A stretch of 64,000 nucleotides of DNA from contig OZ242374.1 of NCBI GenBank assembly GCA_965209055.1, positions 2,528,001-2,592,000 on the forward strand. The letters are read 5' to 3'. Both the position numbers and the translations under genes were made by a program. How positions within the stretch are numbered: the stretch's first letter is position 1; each line of letters opens with the position of its first letter. The notes beneath the pieces are model-generated. The model did no database searches and was not told the DNA's origin. It was given only the letters and a program-made list of their open reading frames with translations. This document shows, one piece after another, positions 40,844-49,445 of the stretch. Source of the stretch: Acidobacteriota bacterium. GTDB taxonomy: Bacteria > Acidobacteriota > UBA6911 > RPQK01 > JAJDTT01.

Positions 40844-41967
40844 AGTTCAGGTCCGTTCGAACGCCAAGCGCCTGGCTGCGCGCGGGAGGTGTCTGCCTGG
40901 GAGTCGCCGGGTGCCTGGCGGGAGGGGTCTTCGCCCAGGAGGCCTTCGTCATGGACGAGTTGCAGGCGGAACGGGTGGTGGTGGCTCCGGGCGGCTATTT
41001 CCCGCGCATGGAGATCCTGAAGAACGGCGACCTGCTGGTCTCGGTGAAGGCGGGAGCCGCGCACGTGGGCAAGACGGGCCGGGTGGACCTCGTCCGCTCC
41101 ACCGACGGCGGCCGCACCTGGGGCAAGCCGGTGACCGTGTTCGACCTTCCCGGACGGGACGACGCCATCGACGCCATGGGACGCCTCTCGGACGGCACCG
41201 TCATCGCCGGCATCGTCTCCTATTCCTGGGCCGGTGAGCGCTACACTGGAAAGGGATGGAGCGCCGACACTTGGGTGATCCGCTCCTCCGACAACGGGCA
41301 CACCTGGACCGAACCGGTCAAGCTGGAAGCCACGCCCCACGACTGGCTCTACCCCTTCGGGCGGCCCGTGGAGCTGGAGGACGGGACGGTTCTCCTGTCC
41401 GGATACGGCTCGGCGCTTCCCAGGGACCGGAAGACGCCAACGACCTCCTGGGTGGTGCGGTCCCGGGACGGCGGCAAGACGTGGGGCGAGTACGCCCCGG
41501 TGGCCACCCGTTTCGACGAGCTCTGCATCGCCCGCCTGCCCTCCGGGAAGCTGGTCGCAGTCCTGCGCGCGACGGGCGGTTCGACCTCCCTCTCCTTCTC
41601 CTCCGATGGAGGCCGGACCTGGAGCGAAACGCGCCGTCTGACCGAAAAGGCGGAACATCCGGGGGATCTCCTGGTGCTGGCCGACGGGCGGCTTCTCGCG
41701 ACCTTCGGAGTGCGCCATCAACCATACGGGGTCCAGGCCATGTTCAGCCGGGACGAGGGCGAGACCTGGTCCACGAAGAAGAGGATCCTGTTGGCGTGGG
41801 ACGGCGACCACGGCGACCTGGGCTATCCGGTCTCCATCCAGAGGCCCGACGGCAGGATCGTCACCGCCTACTACATCGTCTACGGTGAAAAGGACTCCTA
41901 TGGAGACAAAGGGGTCGCCATGGACAATTCCTTCACCAAGGCGGTCATCTGGTCGCCGCCGCGATGA
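40840..41967 (+). CDS. exported BNR/Asp-box beta-propeller protein (sialidase-like)
   Basis: Five Asp boxes: STDGGRTW, SSDNGHTW, SRDGGKTW, SSDGGRTW, SRDEGETW; DLGYP. Confidence 0.88.
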   Translation: MKFRSVRTPSAWLRAGGVCLGVAGCLAGGVFAQEAFVMDELQAERVVVAPGGYFPRMEILKNGDLLVSVKAGAAHVGKTGRVDLVRSTDGGRTWGKPVTVFDLPGRDDAIDAMGRLSDGTVIAGIVSYSWAGERYTGKGWSADTWVIRSSDNGHTWTEPVKLEATPHDWLYPFGRPVELEDGTVLLSGYGSALPRDRKTPTTSWVVRSRDGGKTWGEYAPVATRFDELCIARLPSGKLVAVLRATGGSTSLSFSSDGGRTWSETRRLTEKAEHPGDLLVLADGRLLATFGVRHQPYGVQAMFSRDEGETWSTKKRILLAWDGDHGDLGYPVSIQRPDGRIVTAYYIVYGEKDSYGDKGVAMDNSFTKAVIWSPPR

Positions 41968-43799
41968 GCCGGGGCCGCCGAGCCCGGCGAACCCGGTCCC
42001 GAGCCGCCCGGCGGCGGAAACCGCCACGCCCGGCGAGCCGATTCGACACGTCCCGGCTGTTGCCCCTGCTGCTCTTTCTGGTGGTGCTGGGGATCTACGC
42101 CCCATCGGCGGCCAACGATTTCGTCTACGACGACAACGAGGTGATCGTCAACCAGAAAGCGCCCGCCTCGTTCGCCGACGTGGCGGGGATCTTCGGCGAA
42201 CGCCATTTCCCCAACCTCCCCTACTACCGTCCCGTCACCCGGACCACTCTGCTGCTGCAGAAGACCTTCCACGGGGACAATCCGGCGCCGTTTCACCTCC
42301 TGAACGCCGCCTTCATGGCCCTGGCCGCCGTGGTGGTCTATTTCCTGCTTCGTCTCCCCGTATTCGGGGTTTCCAGGACCCTGGCGCTCCTGGGAGCGGC
42401 GCTCTTCGCGCTGCATCCCATCGCCTCCTCCTGTGTCTACCCCACAGCCTCCGGCCGGGAGACACTGTTGCCCTCGCTCTGGACCCTCTTGTCGGTTTAC
42501 GCGTACCTGCGGCGAGGCAGGGGCTGGCGGGTCCTCTCGCTGGTGGCTTTCACCGGCGCCCTCTTCAGCAAGGAGCAGGCGGTGGTCATTCCCGCTCTCT
42601 TCGTGCTGGCGGACCTCGCCGGAATGGCGCCGGACCCGCCCCGCTGGAATATCCGCCGGTGGGTCGTCCGTTACCTGCCGCTGCTTCCGATCCTGGCGGG
42701 ATACTTCTGGATTCGCCACCTGCTCTTCGGCGGAACCGAATACGCGTTCGGCGAGATCACCGGTCCGCTGTTCAGCCTGGGCTACGCCTTTCAGACGATC
42801 TTTCTTCCCTCCGTCGAGCTGGTCTACGAACCGACTCTGGCGATCTGGCTCTCGTGGCCCCGCTTGATCGTGTCCTGCCTTGCCGTTGCCGGGTTGCTGG
42901 TCCTGGCCCTGCGCCTGGAGCCCCGGCGCCGTCCCGTTCTGCTCTTCTGGTCGGGCTGGTTCCTGGTGACCCTGGCGCCCACCGCCAACATCATCCAACA
43001 GGAGGCCAGGTACGACGAGCGTTACCTGTTCCTGGCATCCCTGGCGCTGATCGCCGTCGCCGCGGCCGTGGTTTCCCAGGGAGATCGGTCCGGCCGGGCC
43101 GGCGGGACCGTTGCCGCAGTGGGACTCCTGCTGGTCGGCGCCGCCGGATTCATCAGCTTCCACCGGTCCGCCTACTTCCACGACAATCTGGCCTTCAGCC
43201 GCCAGTGGCTCCGGACCGATCCCCAATCGGTCAACGCCCACTACAACCTGGGTTTCGGTCTCGCCCAACAGGGGCGTCATCAGGAGGCGGTGGAGGCCTA
43301 TGAGCGGGCTCTGGAGATCGAACCGGACTACGGTTTCGCACACAACAACCTGGGGAACGCCCTGGACAAGGTGGGAAGACATGAGGAGGCGATCAGGCAC
43401 TTCCGAAAGGCCTTGGAACTCGATCCGGCCTATTCCGAGGCGCACCACAACCTGACCAACGTCCTGGTGGAGGAGAACCGGCTCGAAGAAGCGTTGGAGC
43501 ATGCGCGGGAGGCCGTGCGGCTGCGGCCCGACTTCGCCGAGGCCCAAAACAACCTGGGAAACCTTCTCACCCGAAGAGGAGACGCCGCGGAGGGGGTCTC
43601 CCACTACCGTTCGGCTTTGGAGTTGAAGCCCGGGTACGCCGAAGCTCACAACAACCTGGCCAATGCGCTGGTGGCGTTGGGACGGCTTCGGGAAGCGATC
43701 TCCCACTACTCGGAGGCCATTCGGATCCGGCCCGACTATCCCGATGCCCGGCGCAACCGGGAACTGGTCCTGATGGAGTTGACGAGAAGGGGAGGTTGA
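41964..43799 (+). CDS. TMTC-like GT-C membrane glycosyltransferase with C-terminal TPRs
   Basis: FVYDD, YYRP, FALHP, SKE, ERYLFL, tandem AHNNLG TPR repeats. Confidence 0.85.
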   Translation: MSRGRRARRTRSRAARRRKPPRPASRFDTSRLLPLLLFLVVLGIYAPSAANDFVYDDNEVIVNQKAPASFADVAGIFGERHFPNLPYYRPVTRTTLLLQKTFHGDNPAPFHLLNAAFMALAAVVVYFLLRLPVFGVSRTLALLGAALFALHPIASSCVYPTASGRETLLPSLWTLLSVYAYLRRGRGWRVLSLVAFTGALFSKEQAVVIPALFVLADLAGMAPDPPRWNIRRWVVRYLPLLPILAGYFWIRHLLFGGTEYAFGEITGPLFSLGYAFQTIFLPSVELVYEPTLAIWLSWPRLIVSCLAVAGLLVLALRLEPRRRPVLLFWSGWFLVTLAPTANIIQQEARYDERYLFLASLALIAVAAAVVSQGDRSGRAGGTVAAVGLLLVGAAGFISFHRSAYFHDNLAFSRQWLRTDPQSVNAHYNLGFGLAQQGRHQEAVEAYERALEIEPDYGFAHNNLGNALDKVGRHEEAIRHFRKALELDPAYSEAHHNLTNVLVEENRLEEALEHAREAVRLRPDFAEAQNNLGNLLTRRGDAAEGVSHYRSALELKPGYAEAHNNLANALVALGRLREAISHYSEAIRIRPDYPDARRNRELVLMELTRRGG

Positions 43800-43945
43800 A
43801 ACCGCCGCGGCGCGTCCGGGTCCGGGCGGCTCGGCGGGATGCGGGGCTGGGCGGACACCGAGACGATTCTTGCCGCAGGCTGATATCATAGGGGAACGAA
43901 TTCAGGGGGTTCACAAAAAAGGCCCGATCGGAGGGGAAGAGACAG

Positions 43946-45571
43946 ATGCCATCGAGCTTGAGACGGAGAGGCGGTCCGGTAGCGGTCTTGGTCCTTCTGG
44001 GTCTGGCGGCCGGCGGTTTCCGGCCCGGGTCGCAAGAGGACACCGATCAGCGGGCGAAACAGGCGCAGGAGGAGCAGGACTACTTCAAGAAGTGGCTCGA
44101 CGAAGACGTGGTCTACATCATCACCAAGGAGGAGCGTTCCGTCTTCGAGAAGCTGGTCACGCCTGAGGAGAAGGAGCGGTTCATCGAGCAGTTCTGGGTC
44201 CGGCGCGATCCCTCCCCGGGGACTTCCTACAACGACTTCAAGGAAGAGCATTACCGGCGAATCAAGTACTCCAACGAGCGTTTTGCCGCGGGTTTTCCCG
44301 GCTGGATGTCGGATCGGGGGAAGATCTACATCAAGTTCGGTCCCCCCGACGAGATCCGGAGCAACCCCAGCGGCGGGATCCATACCCGGGAGTTCTACGA
44401 GGGAGGCGGCACGGCGGTCACCTTTCCCTTTGAGATCTGGTGGTACCGGTATATCGAGGGGATGGGACAGGACATCGAGATGGAGTTCGTGGACCGTCTC
44501 AACAGCGGCGAGTTCCGGCTGGCCATGGACCAGTGGGAAAAGGAGGTCGGCTTCGAGATGGGGATCGGCCCCACCACCTTCGAGCAACTCGGGCTGGTGA
44601 GCCGGGCGGAAATGAACCGGGCGCGCTTCCTGGGCAATCCGGGCAACCCGTACATCCACAGCACCCGCATCCAGGACCAGCCGCTGGAACGCCTGAGCCG
44701 TTACAGCCAGCTCATGAAACCGCCCACGATCCGGTTCGACGACCTGAGGACGGTGGTGGAGACCCGGGTCCGGTTCCAGCAGCTTCCGGTATCGGTGGTG
44801 GCTCACGTCACCCCGGTTCACGAGAGCCTGAACCTGGCGCTGGTGACGGCCAAGATCCAGGTCAGCCCGGAAAACTACGCCGAGACCGGAGAGGTCTGGC
44901 GTTCCGAAACCCACATCTACGGGCGCCTGACCGACCTCACCGGGAAGGTGGTCTACGAGTTCGACGACGACGTGGTCAGCACGCTCCGCACCGCGCCATC
45001 GGGCCTCGGGATGGCCCAACGCCTGTATCAGAGGAAGATTCCCGTCAAGCGTGGCCGCTACAAGCTTCAGTTCGTGGTGCGGGAAGTGAAATCGGAGAAG
45101 ACCGGGACCTTGGATACCGTGCTCGTGGTGCCGGGTCCGACGGAGAAGCTCCGGGGAACCATCGTGTTGGCGGACCGGGCGGCCCCGGTGCGTCCGGGTG
45201 AATCTCTGGTCGATCCCTTCGTGGTCACCGAGGATCTGAAGGTCTATCCCAGCATCGACGGCCTTTTCGCTCCCTCCGACCGGCTGGGGGTCTATCTCGA
45301 GGTTCACAATCTGGCCCAGGACATGGCGACCCAAACGGCGGACGTGAAGTTCCGATACAGCGTGGTCTCCAAGAATGGAACCCTGGTCGACGATCTGGTC
45401 AAGGAGCTGGAGCCGAGGCGGGTCGAGAACAACTCGATGGTCAACGCCTTCTTCGCCTTTCCCCTTCAGACGCTGGCGGCCGGGGAATACTCGTTCCAGA
45501 TGGAGGTGACGGACCTGATCTCGGAAAACCGCCTGTTGCTCAAGGACAACTTCCGCATCGAGGCCAACTGA
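43946..45571 (+). CDS. GWxTD-domain protein
   Basis: WL.EDV.YIIT.EE, FW.RRDP, EEHYRRI.Y.N..F, GWMSDRG.IYI.FGPPD. Confidence 0.92.
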   Translation: MPSSLRRRGGPVAVLVLLGLAAGGFRPGSQEDTDQRAKQAQEEQDYFKKWLDEDVVYIITKEERSVFEKLVTPEEKERFIEQFWVRRDPSPGTSYNDFKEEHYRRIKYSNERFAAGFPGWMSDRGKIYIKFGPPDEIRSNPSGGIHTREFYEGGGTAVTFPFEIWWYRYIEGMGQDIEMEFVDRLNSGEFRLAMDQWEKEVGFEMGIGPTTFEQLGLVSRAEMNRARFLGNPGNPYIHSTRIQDQPLERLSRYSQLMKPPTIRFDDLRTVVETRVRFQQLPVSVVAHVTPVHESLNLALVTAKIQVSPENYAETGEVWRSETHIYGRLTDLTGKVVYEFDDDVVSTLRTAPSGLGMAQRLYQRKIPVKRGRYKLQFVVREVKSEKTGTLDTVLVVPGPTEKLRGTIVLADRAAPVRPGESLVDPFVVTEDLKVYPSIDGLFAPSDRLGVYLEVHNLAQDMATQTADVKFRYSVVSKNGTLVDDLVKELEPRRVENNSMVNAFFAFPLQTLAAGEYSFQMEVTDLISENRLLLKDNFRIEAN

Positions 45572-45601
45572 CCGGGCGGTCGACTGGTCCCCCGCTCAAG
45601 C

Positions 45602-47497
45602 ATGCGCCCGTTCATCAACAGTTTGCCGGAGCGGATTTCCAGACCCCAAGCGTGGGCGCTGACGCTGCTGCTGGCGGGCGCGGCCGCTCTGGCGGCGCTG
45701 GAGCCGTGGCCCGGGCTCTCTGCCGGTCAGGGCCGTCCCTCCGCTCCCGCGGGCATCATTCTGATCACGGTGGACACGCTTCGGGCCGACCGGCTCGAAT
45801 CCTACGGCTACGCCGGGACTCCCAATCCGGCGGTCAACGCCCTGGCTGAGGACGGCGTTCTGTTCGAGCAGGTCATCGCCCAGTCGCCGCTCACGCTCCC
45901 GTCCCACTGCTCCATCCTGACCGGATCGTTTCCCTACCACACGGGGGTCCGGGACCAGGCCGGGTTCAGCCTGAAGCCGCACCATCTGACCTTGGCTGAG
46001 CGGCTGCGTGCCGAGGGCTATGGGACGGCGGCCTTCATCGGCTCCTCGGTTCTCAACGCCGGCACGGGGCTCGATCAGGGTTTCGACCTCTACTGGGACC
46101 TTCCGGAGCAGGGTCTTCCCGAGCGGCGGGGCGGGGAAGTGATGAGCCGGGCGCTGGACTGGCTGACCTCCCACGGTGACGGCAAGTTCTTCGCCTGGAT
46201 TCACCTCTTCGATCCCCACGCCCCGTATTCGGCTCCCGAGCCCTTCGGAAACCGTTACCGGACTCGCCCCTACGACGGCGAGGTCGCCTACGTCGACTCG
46301 CTGATGGGCGATCTGATCCGGCATCTGAAACAGCTTCGCCTCTACGATCGGACGCTCCTCGTATTCACCAGCGATCACGGAGAAAGTCTGGGGGAGCACG
46401 GGGAGTCGAGTCACGGCATGTTCCTCTACGACGCCACCGTGCGCATTCCGCTCATCATCAAGGTCGCCGGCTCGACCTGGAAAGGCAAGGTGATCCCGGA
46501 ACAGGTCAGGGGCGTGGACATTGTCCCGACCATCCTCCAACTGGCCGGTCTGCGGGTGGATGACCAGATTCAGGGAAGGGGTCTCCTCTCCCTGATCCGC
46601 GGGCGTTGGAACCAGCCGGAGTTGGCCGCCTACAGCGAGACCTACTATCCGTACTACCATTTCCAGTGGAGCCCGCTCTTCTCCATGCGGGCCAACGGCT
46701 TCAAGTACATCGATGCGCCCAAGCCCGAGCTCTACGACTTGGCAAGCGACACGGGAGAGCGGCGGAACATCATCGGAGACCAGCCCTCCATGGCGGCTTA
46801 CCTGCAGGAGACGTTGGAAGGGGAGTACCAGAAGTTCTCCGCCGGACGCGACGAGCCTCCCGAGCCGGAGCAGATGGACCGGGCCACCATCGAGCGCCTC
46901 AAGAGTCTGGGTTACCTGGGTTTCGCCTCGGGCACGGCGAAGCTCCCGTCCACCGAGGGACTGGCGGACCCCAAGGACCGGATCGCGCTCTACGAGCTGT
47001 TGCAGCAGGCGTTCCAGGATTCCGAGGAAGGCCGGCTCATCGAATCCAACAGCAAATTGAGGAAGGTCGTGGCCCAGGAGGAGGGCCTCATCGACGCTCA
47101 CCTTTACCTGGGTCTGAACTCGGTGCAGATGGGGCAGTTCAGCGATGCCATCGAGGCCTTCCAGGCCGTGCTCCGCCGTGACTCGGGCAACCTCATGGCC
47201 CTCTATAACCTCGCCCTCTCCTACCTCAATCAAGGCCGCCCGGAGGCGGCCGTTCCGGGTTTGGAACGGACCTTGCAACTGGATCCGGAAGACGTGACGG
47301 CCCGGGTCGCCCTGGGAAAGGCTTACCAGTTGGCCGGCCGGCTCGACGACGCCATCGATGCACTGGAGAAGGCGGTCGCCCGCCGCCCCGACTTTGCCGA
47401 CGCCCTCGACTTCTTGAGCCAGGCGTATGGCCAGAAAGGATGGACCGCCAAAGCCGAATCGGCCCGCCGCCGCGCCGAAGCGGCGCGTAAACGCTGA
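45602..47497 (+). CDS. sulfatase-fold (alkaline phosphatase superfamily) hydrolase/transferase with TPRs
   Basis: DTLRAD, TLPSH, FDPH.PY, SDHGE, ELYDL..D..E, LKSLGY, C-terminal TPRs. Confidence 0.9.
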   Translation: MRPFINSLPERISRPQAWALTLLLAGAAALAALEPWPGLSAGQGRPSAPAGIILITVDTLRADRLESYGYAGTPNPAVNALAEDGVLFEQVIAQSPLTLPSHCSILTGSFPYHTGVRDQAGFSLKPHHLTLAERLRAEGYGTAAFIGSSVLNAGTGLDQGFDLYWDLPEQGLPERRGGEVMSRALDWLTSHGDGKFFAWIHLFDPHAPYSAPEPFGNRYRTRPYDGEVAYVDSLMGDLIRHLKQLRLYDRTLLVFTSDHGESLGEHGESSHGMFLYDATVRIPLIIKVAGSTWKGKVIPEQVRGVDIVPTILQLAGLRVDDQIQGRGLLSLIRGRWNQPELAAYSETYYPYYHFQWSPLFSMRANGFKYIDAPKPELYDLASDTGERRNIIGDQPSMAAYLQETLEGEYQKFSAGRDEPPEPEQMDRATIERLKSLGYLGFASGTAKLPSTEGLADPKDRIALYELLQQAFQDSEEGRLIESNSKLRKVVAQEEGLIDAHLYLGLNSVQMGQFSDAIEAFQAVLRRDSGNLMALYNLALSYLNQGRPEAAVPGLERTLQLDPEDVTARVALGKAYQLAGRLDDAIDALEKAVARRPDFADALDFLSQAYGQKGWTAKAESARRRAEAARKR

Positions 47498-47554
47498 GCC
47501 CTGACAGCGGCAATTCCGCAATCTGATTTTCTCTCAATCCTCATCATCAAGTTC

Positions 47555-47583
47555 TTGACCGGCAACCCTCCGGCGGCTACCCT
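47555..47583 (+). promoter_or_regulatory. putative sigma70 promoter of mdh
   Basis: TTGACC-N17-TACCCT; GAGGAGG RBS downstream. Confidence 0.5.
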
Positions 47584-47657
47584 TTGCGCGTTGAAATCGT
47601 GGCCGCGGCCGTTCCGACCGCGAGCTTCCACCCTGTGCATGAGGAGGTAGGAATCGA

Positions 47658-48671
47658 ATGTATCTGACCAACGAGAAAGTCGCCGTTCTGGGCGCCGCCG
47701 GCGCCATTGGCTCCAACCTGGTTCAGTCGCTGCTGCAGACCGGGACCGCCAATCGGATCTCCATGTACGACCCCTTGGAGGGTCCGCTCAAGGGGTCGGC
47801 CGAAGAGATCTACCACTGCTCGTTCCCGGGAGCCCAGGTGACCTGGACCATCGACGAGGCGGAGGCTCTTGCGGACGCCGCCTACATCGTCACCGCGGGA
47901 GGCGCTCCCCGCCGGCAGGGGATGACCCGGGAGGACCTGCGCAAGGACAACTGCAAGATCGCCAGGAACCTGGGCCAACAGATCAAGCGCCATTGCCCGG
48001 CCTGCAAGCTGGCCGTCGTCATCTTCAATCCCGCCGACATCACCGGTCTCACCACGCTGGTCCACTCGGGACTGCCGGGATCGGCGGTCTCCACCCTGGC
48101 CGCGCTGGACAGCACGCGTCTCCAGAGTGCGCTGGCCCAACATTTCTCCGTCGCCCAGGACCAGGTGACCGGGTGCGCCACCTACGGTGGCCACGGCGAG
48201 CAGATGGCCGTGTTCAAAGGCAGCATCGCCGTCGCCGGGACGCCGCTCGGTGAGATCCTCGGTGGCGCCACCGTCGGGGGGCAGGGCATGACCCCGGGCC
48301 AGTGGACCGATCTGAAGCAGCAGGTCCGCGGGGGCGGCGCCGCCATCATCAAGCTGCGAGGTCGCTCCTCCTTCCAGTCTCCGGCCCACCTGAGCACCTC
48401 CATGCTCCGGGGCCGCCTGGGCGCCGACGAGTTCCCGTGGCCCTGCGGCACCTACGTCAACCGGGGCGAATTCCGCCACATCATGATGGCCATGGACACG
48501 CGCTTCGGACCTGACGGTCTGGAGTATTCAATGCCTCAGGGAGACGCCGAGGACATGGCCGCGCTCAGGAATTCCTACAAACACCTGACGAACCTCCGGG
48601 ACCAGACCATCGCCGACGGCCTGCTACCACCGTTGGACGAGTGGAAGGACGTGAATCCGAATCTGGTGTGA
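47658..48671 (+). CDS. mdh: malate dehydrogenase
   Basis: GAAGAIG, GAPRRQGMTREDL, NPAD, LDSTR, GGHGE. Confidence 0.92.
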   Translation: MYLTNEKVAVLGAAGAIGSNLVQSLLQTGTANRISMYDPLEGPLKGSAEEIYHCSFPGAQVTWTIDEAEALADAAYIVTAGGAPRRQGMTREDLRKDNCKIARNLGQQIKRHCPACKLAVVIFNPADITGLTTLVHSGLPGSAVSTLAALDSTRLQSALAQHFSVAQDQVTGCATYGGHGEQMAVFKGSIAVAGTPLGEILGGATVGGQGMTPGQWTDLKQQVRGGGAAIIKLRGRSSFQSPAHLSTSMLRGRLGADEFPWPCGTYVNRGEFRHIMMAMDTRFGPDGLEYSMPQGDAEDMAALRNSYKHLTNLRDQTIADGLLPPLDEWKDVNPNLV

Positions 48672-48767
48672 AGTGTTACGGTCGCTCGATACCGGGCAAT
48701 ATTGGCACCGAAATCTCGTTTTTGGCGCTGCTCTGAGTTGGTGGAGGCGTAGCGGACGGAGCATCGT

Positions 48768-49109
48768 TCATGCGGTCCCCAGCCCCTGGAGGAGCTTCCC
48801 CGCGACCAGTCTGATCTGACTGGCCGACACCCGGCCCAGCGTAGAAGCGGCAGACGCGTCGATCGTCGCTATCTTCGCGCTGCGGATGAGGGATGGGACG
48901 GGCAGACCCGCCATTTTCAAGTCAGCAACCGGAACATCATCGGGCCAGCCTCGGTTCTCGGCGCTGGTAATCATAACGACCCACAACAATCCGTGTAGAT
49001 CTTGAAGTCGGGCCGTGGATACCACCAGAGCGGGTCGCCACTGACGCGTCGCCCTGTCCGTGTACGGGAACGGAACCTTGACAACGTCGCCTTGCTCAAA
49101 GGTCTGCAT
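48768..49109 (-). CDS. PemK/MazF-family toxin
   Basis: GDVVKVPFPYTD..RPALVVS..MITS..GLP.PS.IR. Confidence 0.92.
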   Translation of the reverse strand: MQTFEQGDVVKVPFPYTDRATRQWRPALVVSTARLQDLHGLLWVVMITSAENRGWPDDVPVADLKMAGLPVPSLIRSAKIATIDASAASTLGRVSASQIRLVAGKLLQGLGTA

Positions 49110-49314
49110 AGGCTTTGGTGTCCGCTTCCGATCGCCATTCCTCGAAGGTCTGGAACGGGTCATCCGTGGTGGCGTCCCGCCTCGATTTGGTGAGGATTAC
49201 TTGTCCATCAACGATCTCGTACAGGAGCTCGTCCCCGGGCTGCAACCCGAGCAACGTTCGGATCGGAAGCGGGATGGTTGTCTGGGCCTTGGAAGTCAAC
49301 TTGCTGATGATCAT
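49096..49314 (-). CDS. AbrB/MazE (PrlF-like) antitoxin
   Basis: SKLTSKAQTTIP..IR..LGL.PGD; overlaps toxin start; GGAGG RBS. Confidence 0.92.
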   Translation of the reverse strand: MIISKLTSKAQTTIPLPIRTLLGLQPGDELLYEIVDGQVILTKSRRDATTDDPFQTFEEWRSEADTKAYADL

Positions 49315-49349
49315 GGAATCCACCTCCGCCTGGTCTGTCGGACTTTCCC

Positions 49350-49379
49350 ATTGTAAGGAATGTCCTTACTTGCTGTCAC
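49350..49379 (-). promoter_or_regulatory. TA promoter with palindromic operator
   Basis: Minus strand GTGACA-N18-TACAAT; GTAAGGA-ATG-TCCTTAC perfect 7-bp inverted repeat at 49353-49369. Confidence 0.7.
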
Positions 49380-49445
49380 CCCTCCACGACATTATCTCTC
49401 ACCGCGAACCGGACGCAGGGCGGAAGAGAGGAGATCGGAAGTCAA

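Noticed and set aside
48700-48770. Intact tRNA or tmRNA gene
   Set aside because: Only a CCA-end-like fragment; no TTCGA T-loop or cloverleaf
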